Shown here: positions 12,868-27,048 of the stretch, piece by piece
Position numbering within the stretch: the stretch's first letter is position 1
Layout: each line of letters opens with the position of its first letter
From: Octopus vulgaris
Lineage: Eukaryota
Direction: 5' to 3'
Assembly: GCA_951406725.2 (NCBI GenBank)
Contig: OX597838.1
Coordinates: 42,160,001 to 42,224,000, forward strand
DNA length: 64,000 nucleotides
Position numbers and translations under genes: made by a program
The notes under the pieces: generated by a model
Database searches by the model: none
Seen by the model: the letters and a program-made list of their open reading frames with translations, nothing else
What the model was told of the DNA's origin: nothing

Positions 12868-13322
12868 CTGTCAAGAGAAATATGGAAGAAAACATTTGAA
12901 GCAAAGAATAAATGGTTCATCTCATAAAAATTGTGATCACAAATGTTTGTTAATCATAATAACCACTGTTATTAAATATTAATATAATTAATTCCTGTAG
13001 ATAAGGTGCTGAGCTGGCAGAATTGTTAGCATGTTGGGCAAAACGCTTAGCGCCATTTTGTCCACATTTACGTGTCTGAGTTCAAATTCTGCTGAGGTTG
13101 ACTCTGTCTTTCATCCTTAAGTCCCAGTTAAAAATCTACAGAAAATTTGCCTGTTTCAAAAGAATTTGGTTAGCTGCACTGCTTTAGCATTAAACTCAAC
13201 CCCTTTTCTAAAGATACAGGCACAGGCATGGCTGAGTAATCAAGAAGTTCCTTTCCCAAACAAAGGGAATCAGGGGTCAGCAAATGTTGAGGTTTTTAGT
13301 TTCAGAAATCAATCGTACTTAC

Positions 13323-13403
13323 CTCCCCTGGTTTGATACCATAAACATTTTGAATGGCCCACTTCAGTGCTACAGCATGGCCAGCATTTGGACGTACAAT
13401 GGC
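13323..13403 (-). CDS. ACSS3: ACSS3-like exon 6
   Basis: AIVRPNAGHAVALKWAIQNVYGIKPGE; TTTTCAG acceptor, GAG|GTAAGT donor, 81 bp (read manually). Confidence 0.94.
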
Positions 13404-14298
13404 CTGAAAATATATTCAGAAAGTAAAATGTAATTTAGAATTCCAAAGCGAATAAATACACTCTTTTTTTGAAGAATATTTAGGGATTATTCAAAATCTC
13501 CCTCCTCATCATTTAACATCCACTTTTCTATGATGATTGCAGGGGTCAGAATTTGTTGAGGCAGATTTTCTATGGCTGGATGCTCCTCCTGTCACCAATC
13601 CTCACCTCTTCACCTCTTTCCAAGCAAGGTAATATTTCCCCATACTCAGATACGTTTTATATGGAAGACTGGAGACAACTGGCACTGCTTGTATAACAGT
13701 GACACTCATTTACAACTGTCATGCAGTGTCACAACAAGGAGTCACAAACAAACACACACTCACATGCATGCAAACGTACGTACAGACATAGATACATATG
13801 TACATATATAGATATATACGTACATATATGTCTAAGAAATCCACTCACTTTGGTCTGCCTGGGGTTATAGAAGAAGACACTCGTCCAAAGTGCCATGCAG
13901 TGGGACTGAACCTGAATCCCTGTGAGGCATCTCCTCTGTAGCAAGACACCTGTCCTTGTCCCTCTATCATGCATTAGCTTTTCAACTCCTGGCATAAAAC
14001 TGCTGCACTACCCTCCCCCCCACCTCAAATACAATCCCCTACTTAGTTGAGAGGAGTTTTGCTTTTTACTATTCTTACAAGTGGCTCAGCAGCCCAATAG
14101 TGCCAGTGGCACAAAAAAAAAAAGAAAAAGACAAGCAAACCCAGTCTACTCTGGAAAGTGGTTGGTGTTAAGAAGGACATGCAGCCATAGAAACCATACT
14201 AATGCATACACTGGGCTTGATGTGGTCCTGTGGCTCACGAGACCCTGTCAAACCATCCAACGCATGTTCGCATGGAAAATGGACATTAAATGACGATG

Positions 14299-14334
<36 letters not shown>

Positions 14335-15185
14335 AGAGTAGGCACATAAGTGTGAGGCAAGGTGGGAAAAATACTTGAATACTAGAAGTAGGGTAATATG
14401 CTTTATTATTAAAACTGCAAAAACATCACAAAAATATTTTTAAAAACTGCTAGTTAGGATTTTATAAAAAGACATCAAATTCCACCTCCACAAAACAGGA
14501 AGGTTATAATCCCTACAAAAATACCCTCACACCTTTTGCCTACCCAACAAAAGAGGAACACCTGCAGGCTTATTTACAAAGTTCTACATGCATTAATGAC
14601 TTCTAAACAATGACATAACCCCAAATTTAACCAATTAAAACATTTTCCAAGACACCTTTCCAAAACAACCAACCATAAAAACCTAATTACCACACCACTC
14701 AACCCCACACACCCAAAGAGGATTTTAACTCAACAGAGATGATACAAAGGCAAGACTAACTCTAAGGCATCACAGTCCAACAATGAGCTGGCCGAAACTT
14801 CTAATAACACACACACACACATATTATATATATATATATCATCATCATCATCATCATTTAACGTCTGCTTTCGATGCTGGCATGGGTTGGATGATTTGGC
14901 TGAGGACTGGCGAACCAGATGGCTGCCCCAGGCTCCAATCTGATCTGGCAGAGTTTCTACAGCTGGATGCCCTTCCAAATGCCAACCACTCCAAGAGTGT
15001 AGTGGATGCTTTTACGTGCCACTGGCACGAGGGCCACTCAGGCTGTACTGGCAACGGCCACACTCAAATGGTGTTTTTAGTAAAACTGTTTATGTTTCAA
15101 TTTGTTGTACTTTGTTCTTATTTGATAGTTTTGTGTTCATTGGTTTTTGCAGATATGAAATATTTCCAAACAAAATAACCTCTAC

Positions 15186-15329
15186 CTTAGGTAATCCAGT
15201 GGTTCCAGATGTATGTAGAATGTACAGGGGATCCATTGCTGGCACCGGTACACAATCTGTTGGTGAGGCAGAAGAAAGTTCTTCCATGTAACATACATCA
15301 AGGCCATTCTTAAACTTTGCTTTTTCTGC
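15186..15329 (-). CDS. ACSS3: ACSS3-like exon 5 (AMP-binding signature)
   Basis: AEKAKFKNGLDVCYMEELSSASPTDCVPVPAMDPLYILHTSGTTGLPK contains the ANL-family TSGTTGxPK motif; 144 bp. Confidence 0.96.
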
Positions 15330-16025
15330 CTGTAAAACATTAATTCAGGTATAGAAACAATAATCTTTCAAATTCAATTGATATGGAAATAATAAATGCA
15401 TAAAATACAAATTTTTTAAAAATCTTTAAAAATTACGACTCATTTCTTTCAATGTTTAGTAAGAAACATCCAGGAAATTTATTTGTACAGAATTTATATA
15501 TTTTGTTGTTGGATTTGGTTTGCAAGATTCTTTATATGAGTTTGTGTGTTGAAGCATATTCTGTTGCGTCTGGGGAAAGTTCTTTTTGTTTTTGTGCCTT
15601 ATTATTTAACACACTTACCGGTAAAATTTCCACTTATTTCTTATTTTTGTTTTCCTAAAATTTTCGTTGCGTCTTGCAACCTTTTCAAGAGTCTTGACTA
15701 TAGTCAAGACTATTGGAAAGACTATTATATATTTTCTATCTTGTTTTATTATCAAATTAAGAGGGAAATGTTCTGATTTAGTTTCCTCCTCCACCATCAC
15801 CCCACCACCATTTAATGTCTGCCTTTCCATGCTTCCATGGATCTGATGAAATGTGCTCATGCAGATTTTCTATGGCCGGGAGCCTTTCTTGTTGCCAACC
15901 CTCACCAGTTTCCAAACAATGTAATATTTACACATGACCAGACATGTTCTCACAGAATACTGGAGACAAAGAACACCATTTGTATGACACTTGTTCACAA
16001 TTCCCGTGCAATGTCAAGACAAAAT

Positions 16026-16059
<34 letters not shown>

Positions 16060-19000
16060 CACACACACACACACGCGCGCGTGCACACACACACACACAC
16101 ACAGAAGGAGTTTCTTTTAGTTTCTGTTGACCAACTTCACAAGGCATTGGTCATCTCAGGGCTATAACAGAAGACACTTACTCAGTGTGCCATGCAGCAA
16201 GATTGAACCCAAGACCCCATGGTTAGAAAGCAAGCTTCTTACTCGCACAGCCACACCCGTTGCTATTTGCATTATAATTATTAGATGTTTTGGGAGGAAT
16301 GCTATGAGAGACACCTTGTGTAGTTAATACTCAGTCAATATTAGCTTAATGATTGAAAGAAAAACATCACTCAACACTGCAAAAGACTGATCATGCAGAA
16401 TGTTTATCACTCATGGAGAATAAACACGGTTGACCAGGACTTGTTCTTTTTAACAGTGGAATACAACAACAATAACAATCATTTCTTTTAGGGGCACAAT
16501 GCCTGAAGTTTCGTGGGAGCATTCTGGTTGATTACATTGACCCCAGTCCTCAACTAGTCCTCAAATTTTATTGACCTCAAAAAGGCAAAGTCAACCTCGG
16601 CAGAACTTGAACTCAAAACAAAGCCAAAAGAAATGCCATGAAGTATTTTGTCCAGTGTGCTAACGATTCTGCCAGCTTGAATGCCTTATAACAACAACAC
16701 CTTTAAGCAGAGCGTTTTGAAGGTATGTCATTAGGTACAGGTACAGAGAGGACATTTCTAATTAAAACAGCATTTCAAAAAAATGTTCTTGCTGAATTAA
16801 TTCGCAGACTCAACAGAAGAAGCAAGACTCATTCTGTTTACTAACTTCATCTCTCTTTGGATGTTCAGCCTTAGTGTACATTGGTCGACTCTGATGCTGT
16901 ACCAGTTCCCCTTCAGTCACATCCCCATTCCACAGTGGATTACAATGTGATTACAAGAAAACTAGGGCCCAGGTCCCTTAGCAATGAATAGGCAGTTCTC
17001 GTGAAGAACTCAATCTACAGACGAGGGTGCCATTTATGTGCTGGCCCCTACTATGACTGCTTTATTTGTCCCAGGAAAGAATAAAATCTGCCAGAACTGC
17101 GGAAAATAGTTGGATATTTTCCATGGTTATCATTCTCCTCACCATCATTGAACTCTTACTGTTCCATGCTGACATGGGTCAGATGGAATTTATCAGATTT
17201 TTGACAACCAGATGCCCTTCCTCTTGCTAACCCTCACTGGTTTCTAAGCAAAGCATTATTTCCATGGTGAGTTGTACTTTCAGAGAAGACTGGAGACAAG
17301 GAACACTACTTCTATGAATGTAATACTTGTTTCTATCTGTGACAAAGAGACATAAACACATAATCATCAACATTTGATGTCCATTTTCCATGCTGGCATG
17401 GGTTGGACAGTTTGACAGGAGTTGGCAAGGCCAGGAGTCACACCCGGTTCCACAGCCTGTTTTAGCTTGGTTTCTGCAGATGGATGCCCTTCCTAATGCC
17501 AACCACATTACAGAGTGAACTGGGAACTTTTTATGTGGCATCAGCACCAATGAATTTTACAGTACACCAGCACTGATAGGATCTTCCTCTTCCACAAGTT
17601 CCATTCACTTTAAGAGACTGTCACTTTTTTATGCAACTCTCCACGTCCATATGCAAGAAGACTGTGCTGATTTGCTCACACACACACACACACACACATG
17701 TAAAAAGCACTCAGCACACTCTGTCAAGTGGTTGGCATTAGGAAGGTCATCCAGCCATTGAAACCATGCTGGGCAGCTCTCCGAGTGGCCATCTCCAGTC
17801 AAACCATCCAACTCATGCCAGCATGGAAAATGGATAATATACGAAGATGATGATGATAATATATATATATATTCTTTTTTTATTCTTTTATTTGTTTCAG
17901 TCATCTGACTGTGGCCATGCTGAAGCACCCCAGGACTTATTCTTTGTAAGCTTAGTACTTATTCTATCAATCTCTTTTGCAGAATTGTTAAGTTATGGGG
18001 ACGTAAACACACCTGCATCAGTTGTCAGGCAATGGTAGGGAGATAAAGACAGACACACAAACATACACACACATATACAAGGGATTCTTTCAGTTTCTAT
18101 CTACCAAATCCACTTACAAGGCTTTGGTTGGCCCGAGGGTATAGTAGAAGACACTGGCCCAAGGTGTCATGCAGTGGGACTGAACCTGGAACCAAGGTAC
18201 TTACCACACAGCCACTCCTGCGCCTATATATGTAGATATGATGGGCTTCTTTCAGTTTCCACCCGTCAAATCCACTCACAAGGCATTAGTAGAGGATACT
18301 TGCTCAAAGTGGCATGCAGTAGGACTGAACTCAAAACCTTGTGGTTGGTAAATGAACTTCATAACAGCCATGTCTGTTACCAGTTTATAGAAAAATAATC
18401 AATAAACTGTAAATGGATACACACACACGCATGTGTGTGTGTGTGTATATATGTGTGTGTACATATATATATATATATATGTATGTAGTGGATCTTGCAT
18501 GCATGAAGTGGATTCGATCCACCATAGCCAAATTTAAATTAACACTGCAACAGAAATTTTCCCACAATGGAACAATGGATTTTCTCTGACAGCAGTTTTA
18601 CATTTTCCAGATGCCTTTAGCTAGGCTGAAATAATGTCTTCACCACTTGACCCTTTCTAACCTCTTCTACTTCACCAAAAGATAGAATAGAGATAACAAG
18701 ATCACCAACTAAATCTATTGTTCTCAATGATATGTCTATCCTTCTGGATAGCTATAAAAACAAGAACCCCCAAGCAAAAACCAAGTAGTCACTTGGTGAC
18801 AACTGAACAAGGCAGCTCGTGATGACTCAATTAGTTAGGGAATGGACTGCTAGAATCACGATCACAGGGAATGCCTCTACTAAAGATAATGGTCAGCGAG
18901 AGAGATGAAATTTTCTGTCAGCAACTGTGAGACAATGTTCCACACCCTACAACTCTCACTAGCTCTAATACTGTTCTCTTACAACATCATTCTATCGCTA

Positions 19001-19417
19001 TCTGCGGATTACTACAAACTGTTCATATATGCTAAACTATGCAAAGAAACATTCTACCGCATCTAACTTTCTTTCGCATGCTTTTGGATTCATAATAACC
19101 TGCCTGTCGAGGGATGGCATTTTTCAATGTAACGGTAAATAAATACTTTCTTAAAACTGCATGCATTATTCATCTTTCTCATCCTACAACATGCAATTAT
19201 AGCAACAAATTTTTATCGTTACAACTGCTGACTCCGACATTACATAATATGGTTTACTAATCAAATTTCCCGTTTTATATATATATATATATACATACAT
19301 ACATACGTTGAGAGAGAGAGAGTGCATATGCGTGTATATATACATAGACTGGAACTGAATATATGTTTATATAGAGAGTGTAAAATGAGCAGTAAAATTA
19401 GTGCAGAGAAAGCTCAC

Positions 19418-19549
19418 CTGGGGTCTGTTGAAAATAATGCATTTTTTCGGTTTATGGCTGATTAGTTCTAATGCTTCATCTAAAATTGGTTTATATTCAA
19501 CAATCTTGGTTGGTTCAATGCCACAGTTTGAGCTGACAATGACTTTGGG
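19418..19549 (-). CDS. ACSS3: ACSS3-like exon 4
   Basis: PKVIVSSNCGIEPTKIVEYKPILDEALELISHKPKKCIIFNRPQ; TTTCAAG acceptor, CAG|GTGAGC donor, 132 bp. Confidence 0.93.
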
Positions 19550-20217
19550 CTTGAAACAGAATTGTAGAAATTCAGAATTAAGATTAAAAGCATACAACAG
19601 CAAAATAATAATACAAAAAAACGAACTTATTGTATACACTAGAGCCCATCAAAAGAAAAAATAATAATAATAATAATTAGCCAATGAACAGCACACAGAA
19701 TAATGCACTGGAATTGGACAGTGAAAGAGTCATAACAAAAAAAAAAGAAATATTTATAAAATATAAAAAACGAAGTTGGGTGGGGGGGGGACGTCAAAAG
19801 TAGTGTTGGTGAATTTTGGGAAGCATGGAAGTTTTGATGGATGTAAGCATGACATGGAGAACATCATCATCCTCATTGTTTTAACGTCTACTTATTCATG
19901 CTAGCATGGGTTAGATGGAATTCACTGAGGAAGATTGATGCATCTTCACCCAAACTGTCGTCTTTGAAGAGAATTTTCTCCAGAGATTAATTTCCACAAC
20001 AAAAGGTCTTCTCACACTGGAATATACACAAATGCATCTTTCAGTTTCCACATATCAAATCCACTCACAAGGTTTTGGTTGGCCTTTGGGATTGAACCAG
20101 AAACCATGTGGTTGAGAAGTTTATAAAGACCTATTTACATGATCCTCAATATTTTTTCATTTGTGCCTTAAATTTATAAATCGATATTTCACCAATAATC
20201 AATCAAACTTCTCTTAC

Positions 20218-20406
20218 TTTTGCATGTTCAATTCTGTTGGAAAGTTCTTTGGCACCAAATCCGCCAAACACTACAGCATGAATGGCTCCAATTCTGGCTG
20301 CTGCCAACATAGTTACAATAGCTTGAGGAATGGCTGGCATGTAGATCAGGACACGATCTCCTTTCTGAACACCATGTTTTCTTAGAACTCCAGCAAAATG
20401 TTTCAC
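20218..20406 (-). CDS. ACSS3: ACSS3-like exon 3
   Basis: [63 protein letters not shown]; AG/GT bounded, 189 bp. Confidence 0.96.
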
Positions 20407-21363
20407 CTGAAAAATTGTTATTGCAGGAAAATTAACGGAATAAATTCAAAAGCTGATAGAATGAGACAATCAGATGTGGCTTTAGGATACTGACCATTTG
20501 GCATGGCTGACTGGACATTCAGCTGATTTTGGCAAACAAACAAACACACACATGCATGTGTGCACACAGAAATATATTCATACGGATAAACAGAGAGAAA
20601 GTGAGAGTTATTACCATTTCATAATTAATTGCACGAATACTTATATACACACATATATATACATACATGATGGGTTTCTTTGAGGTTCTGTCAACCAAAT
20701 TCACTTACAACAGTCTGGTTAGTGATGAGCTATAGTAGAAGAGACTTGCCTAAGGTGCCATGCACTGGAATTGAACTCAAAATCATAATATTGGGAAGCA
20801 AACTTTTTAATCACACAGCCATACCTGATAACAAAGATGTGCATTGTCCAAAATTACTCAACTGACTGACAGGGACTCTATTTACGGTCATTCAAGCTGC
20901 TAGAAAAAGCAGCTAGACTTCTCTTAAATAACACTCTACCATCATAAGAATGGGGAAGGGCACACTAGGTAATATTAGTCTCAGATGCTGATAAAACTAC
21001 TTGATGGCCATGGTTGGAATGTCTTTTCATTATATAATTACTGAACCAGGAAATAAATAACAACCAATTATCTAAATGCCAATGGTCCCTTCCTCCTGGG
21101 AACACTTGGAGATCAAAAGTCATTGGGTATGAAAGGGTTTGTTTTGACCCCTAAACTGTCCATAACAAAGATATCTCTCTTGGCAATGACTCTAATTTCA
21201 CCTTCAAGCAGTGTTGTCTCCCTATACCTGACTTTGACTTCACCTTCAAACTGTGTGGCCACCACCACCCACTCTGTTCTGGTGTTGACATTGATATCGC
21301 CTTCAAACAGTCTGATCCGGTAACAGGCACTATCCTTGTTCAAACCTTTAACACTTCTCTCTC

Positions 21364-21431
<68 letters not shown>

Positions 21432-21626
21432 ACACACACACACACATATTCCAAGAAAGTTAGAGGTTATGAATCCAACCAACTAAGGGATAATATCTAT
21501 CCAATATACTACTGGTAGAATATCCTATTATTAATACACAAGTGTTTTTTACATTGCATTGCAATTACATTACCGAGTGTACTAAATGGGTGAAGGTAAA
21601 GAGATATTTTACCATTAATTTATATA

Positions 21627-21760
21627 GCAATAAGAAAATGGAGGGGATCAATAGGTGGTTCATCAAATTTTAGACATTATATTATGGCAATAATAAATTG
21701 ACATAATATAATGTCAAAAAGTTAATGAACCACCTATTGATCCACTCCATTTTCTTATTG

Positions 21761-21761
<1 letters not shown>
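21627..21761. repeat. Hairpin/inverted repeat (about 65-bp arms, 5-nt loop)
   Basis: GCAATAAGAAAATGGAG.GGATCAATAGGTGGTTCAT... mirrored by ...ATGAACCACCTATTGATCCACTCCATTTTCTTATTGC. Confidence 0.88.
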
Positions 21762-21832
<71 letters not shown>

Positions 21833-21836
<4 letters not shown>

Positions 21837-22200
21837 TCATCATCATCATTTAGCGTCCGCTTTCCATGCTAGCATGGGTTGGACGGTTCTACTGGGGTCT
21901 GTGAAGCCAGAAGGCTTCATCAGGCCCAGTCAAATCTGGCAGTGTTTCTACGGCTGGATGCCCTTCCTAACGCCAACCACTCCGTGAGTGTAGTGGGTGC
22001 TTTTTACGTGCCACCCGCACAGGTGCCAGACAGAGCTGGCGAACGGCCACGAATGGATGGTGCTTTTTATGTGCCACCGGCACGAGGGCCAGGCGAGGCT
22101 GGCAACGGACACGAAACGGGGCGGTGCGGGCAACGGTCGCGAAACGGAAGGATCTCTTACATGCCACCGGCACTGGTAACACATCTGCAATTTCCATTGA
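21833..22200 (-). mobile_element. Abundant (ATG)n-tailed retroelement (family A; SINE or RTE-like 3' end)
   Basis: Core GTGGTTGGCGTTAGGAAGGGCATCCAGCCGTAGAAAC and (GAT)n tail; copies at about 7026, 14838, 17370, 17700, 25900, 42190, 44446 and 47282. Confidence 0.8.
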
Positions 22201-22694
22201 TCGACGGTTATAGTAACTGACTAAGGGATAAAATATCCGTATATACTATCGGTATCTGTTACCTGTATTATTCCCAGGCATTGGTGTGTAGGCACACCAT
22301 ACATGCAGAGTGCAGGTAACAACAAGAGTTTATCAGGAACCACTGCAAATAATCAAAAAATGGTGGCTTTCTCCATTTTCTAATTATTTGCATTATATAT
22401 ATATATATCTATATATATCTATATATAGGGGTAGTCTGCCCTTGGGCAGGTCCTGTGCATGTTAACCTTCTCCATCACTCTCTATACAACAACCTAAGGG
22501 GGCCGATCCTCCACCCCACTATCACAAGTGAGTAGATTACTGGAGCTATGTCCATGTATGATTAGATTTATGTGTGGTTTCCAATTGTCTTCTCCAAGTC
22601 TCTACCTGGGACGTAGCCAGCCCACTTATGCATACCTTTCCTTCTTGTGACACAAACCCTACTTGTGAAGACCTGTTGAGGCAAGTGAAAATCA

Positions 22695-23080
22695 AAAATC
22701 AAAAATCAAAATCAAAATCGAAATCGATCAATATCAATGGAAATTGTAGCTGTGATACCAGTGCCGGTGGCACATAAGAGAACCATCCGAAAGTGGCCAT
22801 TGCCAGCGCCGCCCCGACTGGCCTCCATGCCGGTGGCATGTAAAAAAGCACCATCCGATCGTGGCTGTTTGCCAGCCTCGTCTGACACCTGTGCAGGTGG
22901 CACATAATAAGCACCCACTACACTCATGGAGTGGTTGGCATTAGGAAGGGCATCCAACTGTAGAAACACTGCCAGATCTGACTGGGCCTGGCGCAGCCTT
23001 CTGGCTTCCCAGACCCCAGTTGAACCGTCCAACCCATGCTAGCATGGAAAACGGACGTTAAACGATGGTGATGATGATGA
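22695..23080 (+). mobile_element. Family A copy, inverted relative to 21833-22200
   Basis: Same core and tail in the opposite orientation. Confidence 0.8.
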
Positions 23081-23316
23081 AGCAGATGGGAATCGAACTC
23101 AAAACATAGAGAATCAGAAGATATACTGTTAAGCATTTCTGCTGACAATGCCATTGATTCTGCCACTCTCCCGCCCACCAGAGCAATGTGAAATGAAGCA
23201 TCTTGCCCAAGAACACAACAAGCCACCCAGTCCAGGAACTGAACCCATGATCTTGCAATAATAAGTGCAACACTCTAAGTACTGAATCTTGTACCTTCAC
23301 ACTTTAAATATGAAAT

Positions 23317-23481
23317 AGGCGCAGGAGTGGCTGTGTAGGAAAAAGGTTGCTTCCCAACCACATGGTTCCGAGTTCAGTCCCACTGCATGTCACCTTGTGA
23401 AGTGTCTTCTACTAGAGCCTCGGGACGACTAAAACCTTGTGAGTGGATTTGGTAGATAGAAACTGAAAGAAGCCCGTCGTA
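23317..23481 (+). mobile_element. SINE family B copy
   Basis: Near full-length match to 5968-6136, followed by (TG)/(TA) repeats. Confidence 0.85.
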
Positions 23482-23485
23482 TATA

Positions 23486-23545
<60 letters not shown>

Positions 23546-24317
23546 TGGATGCCTTTCCTAATACCAACTTCTTTACAGAGTGTACTGGGTAGAAATTTAT
23601 AGGGTCAAGAGACACACACACACACACACACGTGAGTGTGTGTGTATCATCCCCTCAGAACCAAGAAAAGTGACTCTCTGTAGCCTATAGCTGCATCCAT
23701 CTCTCATTTTGTTTCACAAGTTTCCTATAAAAACCATTCTATTACATTCTATATATAAACAGGCCCCTCTATGTTACCCATTTTATTAATCCATGTTTGT
23801 GTACATCAGGGTTCTGTTATGTCACCCATATTCTCTGTACATAAATTACCTTCCCTCTAATTCAACTAACCCCACACGAACCTAACTAGAAGATTCCCCG
23901 CCCCACCTCCTCAAGAAAACGAGACAGTTTAGGGTACACTTTCACTATTTCTATAACCCACCACCACCACCACCACCCCAATGCAGTTCATAATAGTAAT
24001 AGTGGTGGTGGTTGTGTTGGGGCAACATAGGATAATATATGATAATGTATGATAATATATAGTGTCCTTTGACATGCTCATTAGTCATCTGCCTGGTGAA
24101 TGACATAATAAATACAGTGGCAGAAGTGTGAGGCGCCCTGCTGATGGCAAGGCAAGGTTATAAATGCAGATTGGGAGTCACAAAGTAAACAATGTTTGAA
24201 TTATGAGAACAGAGTTACAAACACTGAACGTAAAACTTTTACTGAATGAACTCTTTGGGGGTAGATTAAGGTGAAGGACGCTCGGGTAACAAGAGCAGAT
24301 ATCAGGCAACAAGTCAG

Positions 24318-24353
24318 TGTGTATAGATACACACACACACACACACACATATA

Positions 24354-24399
<46 letters not shown>

Positions 24400-24670
24400 T
24401 ACATTTGTATATAAGTATATATATATGTGTATATATATATATATATATATACTAACACACACACATATATATATATACATATCATCATCATCATCATCGT
24501 CGTTTAACGTCCGTTCTCCATGCTAGCATGGGTTGGACGGTTCGACCGGGGTTATATATATATGTACATACATTTGTATATAAGTATATATATATATGCA
24601 TATATATATATATATATATATATATGCATATATATATATTTATACATATGCATGTATATATATATATATG

Positions 24671-24701
<31 letters not shown>

Positions 24702-24807
24702 GTATACATATATATACATGTACATATATACATATACACATATATGCATACATACATACACACACATACATAGACACACACACACATACACTTACATGCA
24801 TACACAT
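24318..24807. repeat. Compound (CA)/(TA) microsatellite with an embedded 70-bp family A tail
   Basis: Seen directly. Confidence 0.93.
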
Positions 24808-25595
24808 TGATATTCCCACACCTTCCCTCAGGTGAATATTCATCTCCAGCCATGCGGCCTCTCACGCCAACTGGTAAGACAACATACAAAGCTGTTCGTG
24901 TTGGCCTCTCATGGTGGGAAACATGAAAGACAGGAGCTCAGCTCAACAAAAGATTTGCAAAATGAAATGTTGAAAACATTTTCCCAAACTAAGAAAAAAA
25001 AATAAACAAAAATAAACAACATGGCTGTGTGGTAAGAAGTTTGTTTCCCTATCACATGGTTTCAGGTTCAGTCCCAGTGCATGGTACCTTGGGCAACTGT
25101 CTTTTACTATAACCTCAGAGTGACCAAAGCCTTGCAAGTGGATTTAGTTGATGGAAACTGAAAGAAGCTCACATTTCATCCCCTAACACCCGTCAAGCCT
25201 CTACCTGTGGCCCTACATGGCTGCATTCCAGTGACCTCTGACCAAACTGCTTCTATCTCCCTTCCCACACCGTTTCCATCATTCACCTTGCTGTGCCTTC
25301 ATCCATTGCACTCTCTCCTCTAACATGCACCATCTTAACACTCCCCACTTATCTCCTATCCACTCTCCTATCGATGACCATCACCCACACTACTAGAACC
25401 ACCTCTATGGGCCTCTACCTCTCCCTGCCCCACCTCTTCTACAGCTTGCACATCATCCCTCTACATACTGAGCTATTCTCCTTCCTAACCTACTTGCTTA
25501 CTTGTGGGGTAACCAGACTGCCCCAGGGATAAAGAATATTTATCCAGCAAAGCAGTGTTGAACACTTGTTCTCACTGCTTGATATTAATGTGTGC

Positions 25596-25628
<33 letters not shown>

Positions 25629-26903
25629 GAGGCGCAATGGCCCAGTGGTTAGGGCAGCGTAAGATCGTTGTGTGTGTTTATTGAGCGAAAACACCTAAAG
25701 CTCCACGAGGCTCTGGCAGTGGGTGGTGATCCCTGCTGTACTCTTTCACCACTCTTTCTCCTGTTGGCCTGCTTGCTTAGCCAACGGGGTGGCATCATTT
25801 GAAGGCTAAAACCATGCGAACGCATTGTGACCAGCGATTGGTAGCAACATCTGATGGTCTGGTCGGTCACGTGACATGATATATATATATATATATTGCC
25901 AGCCTAGCCTGGCCCCCGTGCCGGTGGCACGTAAAAAGCACCATCCGTCCGTGGCCGTTTGCCAGCTCCGTCTGGCACCTGTGCGGGTGGCACGTAAAAA
26001 GCACCCACTACACTCACGGAGTGGTTGGCGTTAGGAAGGGCATCCAGCCGTAGAAACACTGCCAGATCAGACTGGGCCTAATGTAGCCTTCTGGCTTCAC
26101 AGACCCCAGTTGAACTGTCCAACCCATCATTGTGCTAAATGATGATGATGATGATGATATATATATATATATACACACATACTTGACCGCTAAATCTATT
26201 AGTTTTTTTTTTGTTCTCTCTGTTTATTTTCTCTTATTCTTCTCTGCTGAAGAGCATAGGCTCAAAACGTAAAAGACTTTTTCCTTTTCCAGAGCATCAA
26301 ACTTATACACATGTTTGTTGTTCATACACTTGGCTTTGTCTTTTGTTTCTCCTATAAATTTCAACTATATATATATATATATATATATAGTAAATCCCCA
26401 AAAATGAAGAACAAACACAAAAACAACAACACAAGGACATGATACATGTAAAGTATTAGCAAACGTTCAGGGAAGGAAGGAAAAGTGGTTTTATGTTTCG
26501 AGCAAAGCTCTTCTTCAGAAACAGAGGGAAGTCCAATAGAAAAGGAAGATGGAGGAAAAAAAAAATCGCCAATGATTAGGTGTGGCAACAAAAAGGAAGG
26601 AGAGTAGAAGCAGAACAGAAGATAGATTGATATATTTATGCAACCCTTTTGTTATCATATTTTGTTATCATATATACCTTTGTTTCAATTAATTCTGAAA
26701 ATAATGAAGAATTTAGTAAAATATTTTGTTATTATTAACTGGTTTGGAACATAAAAATTAACATGAAATTTTGGTCTGCAAGAAAAAGTAAAAGTAAAAA
26801 AAGACATAGCATCAATGTAAAAAAATTACTAAAAAAATGAGAGAGAGAAAGCAGTTTCTAAAAGTTTGTTGACTTGTTTTGTGAATAATTCTATAAAGCT
26901 TAC

Positions 26904-27048
26904 CTCATCCAAAAGCTGAGAATAAGTGATCTTTTGAATTTGACCAGTGACTGGACTATCGTGAACCAAGGCCACCCTTTCTCCAAGTCCATTTTCCACA
27001 TGACGATCAAGGGCATTGTAAGTTGTATTAAATTCTCCACCCACAAAC
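26904..27048 (-). CDS. ACSS3: ACSS3-like exon 2
   Basis: (W)FVGGEFNTTYNALDRHVENGLGERVALVHDSPVTGQIQKITYSQLLDE; AG acceptor, GAG|GTAAGC donor; 145 bp keeps phase. Confidence 0.95.

Noticed and set aside
14520-14805. Repeat shared in inverted orientation with 51770-52070, ending in a GGCCGAAAC motif
   Set aside because: It is a dispersed repeat, but I could not support a class assignment or a ribozyme fold by eye.
24178-24889. Many overlapping ORFs rich in Y/I/H/T/C/V (also at 2686-3011, 10465-11144, 39506-39853, 48262-48563, 49168-49383, 51304-51789)
   Set aside because: These are translations of (CA)/(TA) microsatellites, not genes.
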